A DNA stretch of 57,974 bases from Deltaproteobacteria bacterium. Lineage in GTDB: Bacteria > Desulfobacterota > GWC2-55-46 > UBA9637. The notes under the pieces were generated by a model. The model was not told where the DNA came from and made no database searches. It was given only the letters and a program-made list of their open reading frames with translations. Location: positions 1-57,974 of the forward strand of contig JACPZB010000085.1 of the NCBI GenBank assembly GCA_016195725.1, in the 5' to 3' direction. The number at the start of each line of letters is the position of its first letter. Position 1 is the first letter of the stretch. Shown here piece by piece: positions 7,797 to 16,062 of this stretch. The translations under genes and the position numbers were made by a program.

Positions 7797-8531
7797 TTGC
7801 GCGTAGATTTTCCTATAGATGAAAGGTCCTTAAGATATGTGGAATCAATGGAGGATGATCCTGACATAAAGGCAATTATTTCCATTCTTTTGGACAAGCA
7901 AAAGGAAGACTTCTACAACTATGCATCCATAATATGTTTTTGCTACAGGGAAGAGGACCTCATCAACCTGCCTGATATAAAACACCTTCCCCATAAAGTA
8001 AAGGCGTGGATAAAGCGAAAGAGTTTTGACAGGGACCCTACTTACTTTACATTTTTCAAGCACCTGTTTTCGCTTTACTCGGGTTTTGTTCAGACATATG
8101 AAGGATGGGACAAGCTCGGCAAGCACAGGAGCGTAATTCCGGAGGCCTATATCTATCACAGGACAAAAGAAAGGTATGCCTCAAAGCCCGCGGTTAAAGT
8201 TGAGAGGGAGTGTTTTGTTGTGATAGACGGGTGGGACAGCCGCATACATAGGAGCAAAGAGGTGGGGCAGAAGGTTGACATTGGCGTATGGGATGATGCT
8301 GCGCAGCACGGAGAGGTTTACGAGGTAAAGGTCAAGATGTATATTAAGGAAAAAGAGCATCAGCTTGAATTTATAGAGACAATAAGAAAGGTATCCAGTA
8401 GAAGGATTGATGTCTTTCTTGCAAGCTTTGCGCCTAAACATGTTGTGCTTCACCACCTCAGGACATTTTTTCCGGGTAGAAACTTGGACCAGATAAATGT
8501 GTTAGGGGTGGATGAATTGCAGAATCTGTAA
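7797..8531 (+). CDS. Hypothetical protein with a possible PD-(D/E)xK nuclease motif in the C-terminal half
   Basis: TTG start at 7797, 9 nt after GGAGG and directly after the upstream stop at 7790-7792. KVDIGVWDD...(13 aa)...EVYEVKVK fits the D...(D/E)xK pattern. Confidence 0.5.
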   Translation: MRVDFPIDERSLRYVESMEDDPDIKAIISILLDKQKEDFYNYASIICFCYREEDLINLPDIKHLPHKVKAWIKRKSFDRDPTYFTFFKHLFSLYSGFVQTYEGWDKLGKHRSVIPEAYIYHRTKERYASKPAVKVERECFVVIDGWDSRIHRSKEVGQKVDIGVWDDAAQHGEVYEVKVKMYIKEKEHQLEFIETIRKVSSRRIDVFLASFAPKHVVLHHLRTFFPGRNLDQINVLGVDELQNL

Positions 8532-8621
8532 AATTGGGAATTAGAAAACAGGAAATAGAAAATAACACAAGGTCTTTCCTCATTTCTCTTTTCTGTATTA
8601 AATGAAGTTGGTAGGGAGGGT

Positions 8622-9014
8622 ATGAAGAAGGATGTGATAAACACAGATAAAGCGCCTAAGGTGATTGGGCCTTATTCGCAGGCAGTAAAGGCAAATGGCT
8701 TTATATTTGTTTCAGGTCAGATACCAATAGACCCCAATACAAATGATGTTATAAAAGGTGATATTGCAGAGCAGACCAGGCAGGTTTTAAAACAGATAAG
8801 CAATATCCTTGAGGCCGCAGGCAGCAGCCTTAAAGATGTGGCAAAAACTACAGTGTATCTAAAGGATTTAAACAAATTTGGCGAGATGAACCATGTATAT
8901 GGTGAATTTTTTACAGCCCCATTTCCAGCAAGGGCAACTGTGGAGGTAAGCAATCTTCCCAAAGGGGTGGATATTGAAATAGATGCTGTGGCAGTGGAGA
9001 GAAGCAGGCAGTAA
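8622..9014 (+). CDS. ridA: RidA/YjgF-family reactive intermediate (enamine/imine) deaminase
   Basis: [31 protein letters not shown]... and the [23 protein letters not shown]-terminus. 130 aa. Confidence 0.9.
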   Translation: MKKDVINTDKAPKVIGPYSQAVKANGFIFVSGQIPIDPNTNDVIKGDIAEQTRQVLKQISNILEAAGSSLKDVAKTTVYLKDLNKFGEMNHVYGEFFTAPFPARATVEVSNLPKGVDIEIDAVAVERSRQ

Positions 9015-9075
9015 AGAGTTGAGTTAAAAGCGGCTTAAGCGCCTGCTGCTTACCACACATGCTGCCTACTATATT

Positions 9076-9267
9076 TTATGCTGCCTTGGTTACAAAACCT
9101 GACCTTAAACACCTTGTGCAGACGCGAATTCTCTTTACTTGTCTCTGGGAAACAGCCTTTACTGTTTGGAGATTAGGATTCCTGCGCCTCTTAGTCTTAT
9201 TATTTGCATGGCTGACGTTGTTGCCAAAACTTGGACCTTTGCCGCAAATTTCACAAACCATTGACAT
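9076..9267 (-). CDS. rpmB: 50S ribosomal protein L28
   Basis: [30 protein letters not shown] is the conserved L28 signature. GGAGG RBS. 63 aa. Confidence 0.93.
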   Translation of the reverse strand: MSMVCEICGKGPSFGNNVSHANNKTKRRRNPNLQTVKAVSQRQVKRIRVCTRCLRSGFVTKAA

Positions 9268-9379
9268 ATTCTATAACCTCCATAGAAGAATGAAGTGTTA
9301 CTGTATATCATATCTTAAAAATGAATGCAAGAATTTTTATAAAATATCCAATGCCGATAATTTAAAGAAAATGAAGGCA

Positions 9380-9468
9380 TCATTGCGAGAGGGCGTAGTC
9401 CCCGAAGCAATCTCAAAAGATGAAATTGCTTGCTTCGCCCTACTAAGCGGGGCTTTGCTCACAATGAC
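9380..9468. repeat. MITE-like element with terminal inverted repeats TCATTGCGAG...CTCACAATGAC
   Basis: TCATTGCGAG at 9380-9389, internal CGAAGCAATCTC / GAAATTGCTTGCTTCG, and CTCACAATGAC at 9458-9468. It belongs to the same family as 41132-41217 and 13063-13156. Confidence 0.75.
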
Positions 9469-9489
9469 AGTCTATGATTTTTAGGCAAA

Positions 9490-10050
9490 ATGACAGCAAA
9501 GAAGCTTACACTATTTATATCTCTATCAGCCCTGATAGTGCTGGTCTTTCTGTATCTGGATTTTGCGTATGACGCCGGGGCATACAAGGAAGATACAGCA
9601 TCGGCAGATGCCATCATTGTGCTTGCAGGCGGATTGGGCAGGATTGATAAAGGCATTGAACTTCTTGCAAGCGGTAGGGCAGGCTATCTTATTATTGCAG
9701 GAGCAGATAAAGATGCGAGCCTGAAATCAATATTTTTCAGAAAGGATATCAAGCTGGATACAGAAAACATTATAATAGAAAAAAGATCCACAAGCACATA
9801 TGAAAATGCCACTGAGACAAAGAAAATCATTAAAAGCAAAGGCATCGAATCAGTAATCCTTATAACCTCGTATTACCACATGAAAAGGGCATCCTATATC
9901 TTCCAGCACATACTTCCTTCAAAGGTTAATTTATATCTTTATCCTGTTTCAACTCCAAACTTTGATGAGACAAAATGGTGGAGAGGGAGAGGGCCGGTTT
10001 TGCTGGCAGTTGAGTTTTTTAAGTTCTACTGGTATCGTTTCTGGGTTTGA
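9490..10050 (+). CDS. DUF218 (YdcF/SanA/ElyC-family) envelope-associated protein
   Basis: N-terminal TM helix, ADAIIVLAGGLGRIDKGIELL, TSTYENA and ITSYYHMKRA, which are typical DUF218 motifs. Confidence 0.8.
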   Translation: MTAKKLTLFISLSALIVLVFLYLDFAYDAGAYKEDTASADAIIVLAGGLGRIDKGIELLASGRAGYLIIAGADKDASLKSIFFRKDIKLDTENIIIEKRSTSTYENATETKKIIKSKGIESVILITSYYHMKRASYIFQHILPSKVNLYLYPVSTPNFDETKWWRGRGPVLLAVEFFKFYWYRFWV

Positions 10051-10102
10051 AACAGACCCACGACACGAGACCGCACACTAAAGTTTAAGGTCTTCGGTTT
10101 TA

Positions 10103-10402
10103 TTATGTCTGGGGTCTGTGGTCTTCCGGCAGTCTATATCTCTTGCCTGCAAACTGGATATTGGCAGGGTCATCGCATCTTGGCGGCGACACTGCGTGTA
10201 CTCCGCCGCACTTTGTACACTTAGCCACAAAAGTTCTCATGATAAAGGTCTCACCACATCCTTGACACTTAGCCTCCAAGCCGCCATTAGGGATTGGCGC
10301 ATTCCTTACAGCGCCGCCGTGTGCGTTATAAACAAACTCAACCAATTCTAAACCTTCTGAAAAGGGACCTGCGCCTGTAGAACAGCTTCCGCACTCACCC
10401 AT
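10103..10402 (-). CDS. Small cysteine-rich, zinc-ribbon-like protein of unknown function
   Basis: The start at MGECGSCS has AAAGGAGG 7 nt upstream. There are three CxxC pairs (CGSC, CQGC, CTKC). The longer ORF reaching 10483 has no RBS. Confidence 0.6.
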   Translation of the reverse strand: MGECGSCSTGAGPFSEGLELVEFVYNAHGGAVRNAPIPNGGLEAKCQGCGETFIMRTFVAKCTKCGGVHAVSPPRCDDPANIQFAGKRYRLPEDHRPQT

Positions 10403-10636
10403 TGTATAAACCTCCTTTTTAACTCGTAATTTCCTGTAGTTTCCTACAGGGTTGCCTTCTATTTCCCTCCCCTGATGTAACATCGGGGGAGGATTAGGTG
10501 GATTCTGATGCGTGTTGTGTTATTCTGAGCAGAGCGAGAAATCTCATTTTTTAAAATTATATCTAACTTGTTTCTAAAAATCAACAACTGAATACCGCCG
10601 CCTTTTATAAACTGTTTTTAGGCTAATATGAGGTCT

Positions 10637-12817
10637 TCAGAATTTGTCTTTGGTATTAGTCAAAATTGCGTACTTTCCGTTCGTATCCAGCAATGTTAAG
10701 TTAACCTCTGCTGTAAGTTTTTTTATATATTTTTCCTCTGTTATAACTAATATGCTTTGAGAGTTTTTTATATCCATAAGCTCTTTCACTCCTCCTTCGC
10801 CCTCAAGTTTAAGAAACCTTTTTCTGCTATAGAAAGCTATGCTCGGTTGATTTATCTCATAGGTTGCAAGCACCCCCTCATGCCCTAAATTTTTTCTGGC
10901 ATAGAGGGAATATTGATAAAGCGTTTTCTGGAGGTAAATGTTGACGAATGACGCAGCATATACCCTCATCAGTATAAGTAACACAGCAGCAGCTACGGCT
11001 ATTCCTCCTATTGAGAAAAGATGGGGTTTTTTTATCATTGCAATGCCCATGATGGCGATTGTCAGGCAGGTTGCAGCTACCCCCCAGAAAAAGAGGGATG
11101 GCGGGAAGGTTGCCCCCGCTGTTATCTCCTTTGGCAGATAGTAGGATGTTATTGCTGGAAGAGAGAAGTATATTATTGCCATGAGCAGAGAAATGATTAT
11201 AAGAAAACCGCAGGATATGTATAGCCAGTTTTTTTCCATTTTTCTCTCCGCAAGGTTATTCATTATAAGACCGGTCATAATTGCCATTGCCGGAAGGGCA
11301 GGCAGAATATAGCTTGGTTCCTTTGTCCCTGCGAAAGAGAAGAATATGAATATAGCAAGAAACCAGATTGTCCCAAAGAGATATATCCCTTTTTCTTTGA
11401 AGCATTTATAAATGGCATTGGGCAAGAAGGCAACCCAGGGAAAGAAGCCGATAAGGATGACGAGCATATAGTAATATAGCGGGCCGCTCTGGCCGGTGAT
11501 GACCCCTGTGTATCTCTTGAAGTGGTGTTTTATTATAAATGCATTAAAAAAATCCCATCCGTTTGTGGAGAACTGGGCTATATACCAGGGAGAAGCAATT
11601 GCTAAAAATATGAATACAAACCTTGGAGCCAACAGCTGCTTTATTTCTCTCAACTCCCTTACTGACATAAGATAGAAGAAGATAATCATTGAGGGGAAGA
11701 GAATCCCTATTATCCCTTTTGTAAGGCAAGCCATAGCTGCAGAGACCCAGGAGAGGAGATACCAGTAATTGCTGGGCGGAAAGGTAAGAGACGCGACGTG
11801 CAATGATTTTGCTTTGCCTTGATGAAAACCTAAATAAAAACTGCAAAGCGATGCTGTTATAAAAAAGGTCAGTGTTGCATCCAGGACTGCCGCATGGCTA
11901 TGGGCAAAGAATTCTAAATTTAATAGGAGGCATAGACCTGTTAGGATTCCTGCTGTTTGGCCATAGAGCCTTTTTACAAAAAAGAAGGTCATTGCTGCAA
12001 GGGCAACTCCAAAGGAAGCAGAGACAGACCTTGCAGCGAATTCTGTTGTGCCTAAAAGTTTAAAGGCAAAGGCCTGAAGCCAATAAAAAAGAATTGGTTT
12101 ATCGTAGAATGGTTCGTAATTGTAGGATGGCGTAATGTAATTGCCTGTCTCAAGCATTTCTCTTGTTGCCGCTGAATATACAGCCTCATCTACATCAAAG
12201 AGCAGAAGGCCGCCTAACTTAAAAAATGAGATAAATACTGCCAGAGTGAGAAAGAAGACGGTCTGCCAGTGCTTTCTTGCAGGGGGAAATAAAAATATGC
12301 CGATGCCGATTCCAAGCAAGGCGCCGCCTATAATGTCTGATGGAAAATGGGAACCCAGATAAATTCTGGAAAGGCCAACCATTGTAGCTATAATATAGAA
12401 GATTGGAGACAGCCTTGGATATGACCTTGATAGCGAATATGCAAGGGCAAACGATACGGTTGTGTGGCCTGATGGGAATGAGTCAAATCTTCCACTAAAG
12501 TCAAAGATTGATGGATTTTCTATTAGGGAAATGAGGTCTGTATCGCTAAAACTTGGTCTCGGCCTTTCAAAGGCCGTTTTGAATATTTGGACAAAAACTC
12601 CAGCTATTAGGATAACAGCGGCGCCGTAAATACCGCTATTACGGATATCTTCTTTTTTGAGTATAATTCCTAATATAAAGAGGAAGATGCATATACCTGT
12701 AAGGGTTAAGCCATCACCCAGTATACTCAAAAATTGCGCCATCCATGCAAGTCTTTCCGCATGGATTTTATATAAAAGCGAATCTATATGCATGCTAAAG
12801 CGAAATATGGCAAGCAA
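10637..12817 (-). CDS. Fusion protein: N-terminal PAP2 lipid phosphatase plus a C-terminal GT39/GT83 (ArnT/PMT-like) polyprenyl-phosphate-sugar-dependent glycosyltransferase
   Basis: All three PAP2 motifs are intact: KTAFERPRP, PSGH and SRIYLGSHFPSD. They are followed by FDVDEAVYSAATREMLETGNYITPSYNYEPFYDKPILFYWLQA and more than 10 TM helices typical of ArnT-like enzymes. Confidence 0.8.
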   Translation of the reverse strand: MLAIFRFSMHIDSLLYKIHAERLAWMAQFLSILGDGLTLTGICIFLFILGIILKKEDIRNSGIYGAAVILIAGVFVQIFKTAFERPRPSFSDTDLISLIENPSIFDFSGRFDSFPSGHTTVSFALAYSLSRSYPRLSPIFYIIATMVGLSRIYLGSHFPSDIIGGALLGIGIGIFLFPPARKHWQTVFFLTLAVFISFFKLGGLLLFDVDEAVYSAATREMLETGNYITPSYNYEPFYDKPILFYWLQAFAFKLLGTTEFAARSVSASFGVALAAMTFFFVKRLYGQTAGILTGLCLLLNLEFFAHSHAAVLDATLTFFITASLCSFYLGFHQGKAKSLHVASLTFPPSNYWYLLSWVSAAMACLTKGIIGILFPSMIIFFYLMSVRELREIKQLLAPRFVFIFLAIASPWYIAQFSTNGWDFFNAFIIKHHFKRYTGVITGQSGPLYYYMLVILIGFFPWVAFLPNAIYKCFKEKGIYLFGTIWFLAIFIFFSFAGTKEPSYILPALPAMAIMTGLIMNNLAERKMEKNWLYISCGFLIIISLLMAIIYFSLPAITSYYLPKEITAGATFPPSLFFWGVAATCLTIAIMGIAMIKKPHLFSIGGIAVAAAVLLILMRVYAASFVNIYLQKTLYQYSLYARKNLGHEGVLATYEINQPSIAFYSRKRFLKLEGEGGVKELMDIKNSQSILVITEEKYIKKLTAEVNLTLLDTNGKYAILTNTKDKF

Positions 12818-13062
12818 GGGGGGGAAAATGAACCACCCTGTTGAAAAACCGTCGTAATGCCGCTGCGCGGAGCGATTTTAGCGGTTGCGCATCTCCTCCC
12901 CTGATTAAATCAGGGGCAATCGGTGGTGGTGAAGCAAACCGACGAAGTCGTTGCAAGGACAATGCCCGCGGCAATCCCAGATTCCTCCCTCCCTGCTTCG
13001 CCTTTGGCTCGCAACTGTGGTTCTAAACAGACCCTGCAGTCTCCTACTTATTGATTTATTTA

Positions 13063-13156
13063 GATGCGAGATTGCTTCCCCTTCCCTGAACCCTATCCTG
13101 GCGCCAGGCCAGGGTTGATTCAGCGTTAGGGCTTCGGTTCGCCTGCTTGCAATGAC
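13063..13156. repeat. Variant copy of the CATTGCGAG/CGCAATGAC MITE-like family within a GC-rich repeat patch
   Basis: GATGCGAGATTGCTTCC..., the internal hairpin AACCCT...AGGGTT, then ...CTTGCAATGAC (13146-13156). An ORF translation gives the family-typical VIASRRTEAL. Confidence 0.6.
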
Positions 13157-13347
13157 CACAAAAAGACTTTTTCAACAACCTGCTATAATTAATATTATTC
13201 TCATCCGTCATAAATTTTGCATACTATAACAGATATTTACTCCTGTAGCAAGCACAGGAGTTTTCAACGCTAAATTGCTCTGAAATTTTTCTTGCATAAT
13301 GATTACAATATGTTTAAACTATTTTCCCAATAAAAAAAGGAGGACTT

Positions 13348-13599
13348 ATGGAGAATGCAAAGGTTATACTTATTTATAGTTTGATATTTATTGCGATGCT
13401 TGCTGTTATATTTGTCAGCGGGAGATATCTGAAAAAGATTCCCACTCATGCAGCAAAGAGGATAAACCAAATAAGTTTCAGCCTTGCCATAGCCAGCGGC
13501 ATTCTGCTGTATATATTGCATAAGGCAGTCTTTATGTATCTCTTTCTTTCCTTTCTCGTAGTATTTTTTATGTTTTTCAATTATAAAGATGAGGGTTAA
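13348..13599 (+). CDS. Small membrane protein (3 predicted TM helices), unknown function
   Basis: 83 aa, AAGGAGG RBS, hydrophobic throughout. Confidence 0.55.
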   Translation: MENAKVILIYSLIFIAMLAVIFVSGRYLKKIPTHAAKRINQISFSLAIASGILLYILHKAVFMYLFLSFLVVFFMFFNYKDEG

Positions 13600-14012
13600 T
13601 CTACTCCTTCTATTTCAACTCCAATTGTTTTTAATAACCTTGCTGTTACACCAATGCCTTCAAGCAGTTTGTTGTTCTTATAAATAAACCTTACACCGCA
13701 GGAAGGGCTCTTTTCTTTCAGGAGAGCCTTTTTTATATCAAAAAGTTTGACAATCCTTAAGACTTCATTGGCGCCATCTATAAATTCTTTTGTTGCATCC
13801 CTGCCATTTATATCAATGACCTTGTCAGACGATATTTCAGCCTGCGGTCTTGGTGTGGGTAAGCCGCCGAGCTGTTCAGGGCATACCGGAATTAAGTTTT
13901 TATATGAATACCTTTTGAGCAAATCCTCGCGGAGGGCATTTGTTCCGTTATAACGGCAGTTTATTCCCGTAAGGCAGGCGCTGATGAGAATAGGGCTGTT
14001 TGTTTGGTTCAT
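13596..14012 (-). CDS. DUF523 (YbbK/TudS-like) family protein
   Basis: PILISACLTGINCRYNG...IPVCPEQLGGLPTPRP...SPSCG is the conserved DUF523 Cys pattern. I prefer the start at MNQTNS over 14045. Confidence 0.8.
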   Translation of the reverse strand: MNQTNSPILISACLTGINCRYNGTNALREDLLKRYSYKNLIPVCPEQLGGLPTPRPQAEISSDKVIDINGRDATKEFIDGANEVLRIVKLFDIKKALLKEKSPSCGVRFIYKNNKLLEGIGVTARLLKTIGVEIEGVD

Positions 14013-14155
14013 TATGGATTGTTGAGGAGATAAATCAAAAATCAAAAATTATATCTTAACCCTTTAAAGTTTATCCTATAAGCTAATCCAATTTCTCAAT
14101 TTTGTTTTGTCATTTTGTATTTCAATCTTTGATATTTGGTTTGTTCGGGAAGGTC

Positions 14156-14812
14156 TTATTTAAAAATCTCTACCTGTGGATTTTCTAATACACCTGCTAT
14201 TTCTGGCTGATCTTTTACGATGACCTTCCTTCCTTTAACTTCAATTCTTCCTTCTGCAAAAAATTGAATTGCCTGAGGATATATTCTATGCTCTTGTTTT
14301 AAAATCCTTTGAGCGAGGGTTTCTTCTGTATCATCGGTATGGACAGGTACCACTGCCTGAATGATAATCGGGCCTGTGTCAATGCCCTCATCAACAATAT
14401 GCACTGTGCATCCGGAGAATTTTACGCCATAGTCAACCGCCTTTTTCTGGACATGGAGTCCGGGAAATGCAGGAAGCAGGGCAGGGTGGATATTCAGAAT
14501 CTTCATGGGAAAGCTTTTGATGAAGAGAGGGGTCAGAAGTCTTGTGAAACCTGCCAGAACTACAAGGTCTATTGAGTGAGATTGAAGAATATCCAGCAGA
14601 TGCTTATCACAAGCTTCTCTGTTGGAGAATTTGTTGTCTTGGATAATGAAGGCGGGTATGTGGTGCTTCTTTGCCCGCGTAGTAGCATAGGCATTGGGAT
14701 TGTTGCTTATGACAATCCTTATTCTGGCATCAAGCCTTTTGGCCTCTATGCTGTCTATGATGACCTGAAGATTTGTGCCGTTGCCTGAAACGAGTACGCC
14801 TAAGTTAATCAT
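14156..14812 (-). CDS. purN: Phosphoribosylglycinamide formyltransferase
   Basis: GVLVSGNGTNLQVIID, LVVLAGFTRLL, NIHPALLPAFPG and VHIVDEGIDTGPII. Confidence 0.93.
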   Translation of the reverse strand: MINLGVLVSGNGTNLQVIIDSIEAKRLDARIRIVISNNPNAYATTRAKKHHIPAFIIQDNKFSNREACDKHLLDILQSHSIDLVVLAGFTRLLTPLFIKSFPMKILNIHPALLPAFPGLHVQKKAVDYGVKFSGCTVHIVDEGIDTGPIIIQAVVPVHTDDTEETLAQRILKQEHRIYPQAIQFFAEGRIEVKGRKVIVKDQPEIAGVLENPQVEIFK

Positions 14813-15849
14813 ACGATTACAACAGAATCTTCTTTGTTTTTTCTTTTCCCTATTTCACCTATTAAAAATGCCTTTTCCTTTGATGTCTTTAATTTCGTGA
14901 TAACCTTGTCAACATCATTTTTTGATACGATGATTACCATGCCTATCCCGCAGTTAAATGTCCTGAACATTTCCTTTTCTGATATCTTGCCTGCATTCTG
15001 TATGAATTGAAATATAAAAGGCATCTCCCATCTGTTTTTGGAAATTATAGCCTTGCAGTTATTTGGCAGTATTCTTGGTATATTCTCAATAAGCCCGCCG
15101 CCTGTTATATGTGCAATCCCTTTTATGTTCATTTGTTTTTGCAGGGCCTTTATGGTCTTTACATATATTTTTGTGGGCATGATAAGCTCATCGCCAAGAT
15201 TCTTCTTGAGACCTGTTATTCTGCTTGCAGGCTTTAGTTTTAATCTGTCAAAAAGCACCTTTCTTGCCAAAGAGTATCCATTGCTATGCAAGCCGCTTGA
15301 TGCAAGGCCTATTAACTTATCTCCAGGCTTGATCTCTGAACCATCTATTATCCTATCTTTTTCTACTATGCCTACAACAAAACCTGCAAGATCATACTCG
15401 CCATCTTTATAAAAGCCAGGCATCTCTGCTGTCTCACCGCCAACTAATGCGCACTCAGCCTCCTTGCACCCCTTTGCAATACCTTTAATTACTGTGGCTG
15501 CGGTCTTTGCATTGAGCCTTCCTGTTGCAAAATAATCCAGAAAAAATAAAGGCTCTGCCCCGCTTACGAGCACATCATTTACACACATGGCAACCAGGTC
15601 TATTCCAACGGTATCGTGCCTGTTGAGTATGAATGCAATTTTTAACTTTGTCCCAACGCCGTCTGTTGATGAGACAAGCACAGGGCTTTTATATTTTTTA
15701 AGGTTAAGCGAAAACAGGGCGCCGAAACCGCCGACGCCTGCCATAACCTCCGGCCGCGATGTGTTTTTTGCAATGAGCTTTATCAGGCTTACCAGCCTTT
15801 CCCCCTCGTCTATATTTACGCCTGCTTTTTTATAGGTAGTGCCAGGCAC
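14809..15849 (-). CDS. purM: Phosphoribosylformylglycinamidine cyclo-ligase (AIR synthetase)
   Basis: YKKAGVNIDEG, GGFGALF, DGVGTKLKIA and DYFATG. Overlaps purN by 4 nt. Confidence 0.94.
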   Translation of the reverse strand: MPGTTYKKAGVNIDEGERLVSLIKLIAKNTSRPEVMAGVGGFGALFSLNLKKYKSPVLVSSTDGVGTKLKIAFILNRHDTVGIDLVAMCVNDVLVSGAEPLFFLDYFATGRLNAKTAATVIKGIAKGCKEAECALVGGETAEMPGFYKDGEYDLAGFVVGIVEKDRIIDGSEIKPGDKLIGLASSGLHSNGYSLARKVLFDRLKLKPASRITGLKKNLGDELIMPTKIYVKTIKALQKQMNIKGIAHITGGGLIENIPRILPNNCKAIISKNRWEMPFIFQFIQNAGKISEKEMFRTFNCGIGMVIIVSKNDVDKVITKLKTSKEKAFLIGEIGKRKNKEDSVVIV

Positions 15850-16062
15850 GATAAATCCTCCGAAAAAACACCCTTCTCCTTCATCCTCTCCAGTGACGGG
15901 AGAGGGGAGGGTGAGGGGGAATCTGAATTATGATGTTGAGGTTAATCTAAATAGAGCTCAAAGTCAAATCCTTTAGAGAGAGATGTTTCAAGGAAAATTT
16001 ACTTGGAATAAACAGCTTGTTTATGGTAAATAGCCTCTCATTGGTTCACTGGAGGAGGAAGC

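Noticed and set aside
9059-9484. 141-aa ORF on the + strand
   Set aside because: It runs antisense through rpmB, which has an unmistakable L28 signature. It then continues through a MITE-like repeat. It has no RBS and a low-complexity hydrophobic translation.
10403-10483. Longer start (10483) for the Cys-rich protein
   Set aside because: The internal ATG at 10402 is preceded by AAAGGAGG at ideal spacing, whereas the upstream ATG has no RBS.
12841-13159. ORFs 12841-13026 (+) and 12905-13159 (-) as genes, or the whole patch as RNase P RNA or tmRNA
   Set aside because: The translations are Arg/Gly/Cys-rich repeat read-through and include the repeat-family peptide VIASRRTEAL. The RNase P GGAAAGUCC-type core and the tmRNA tRNA-like ends are absent on either strand.
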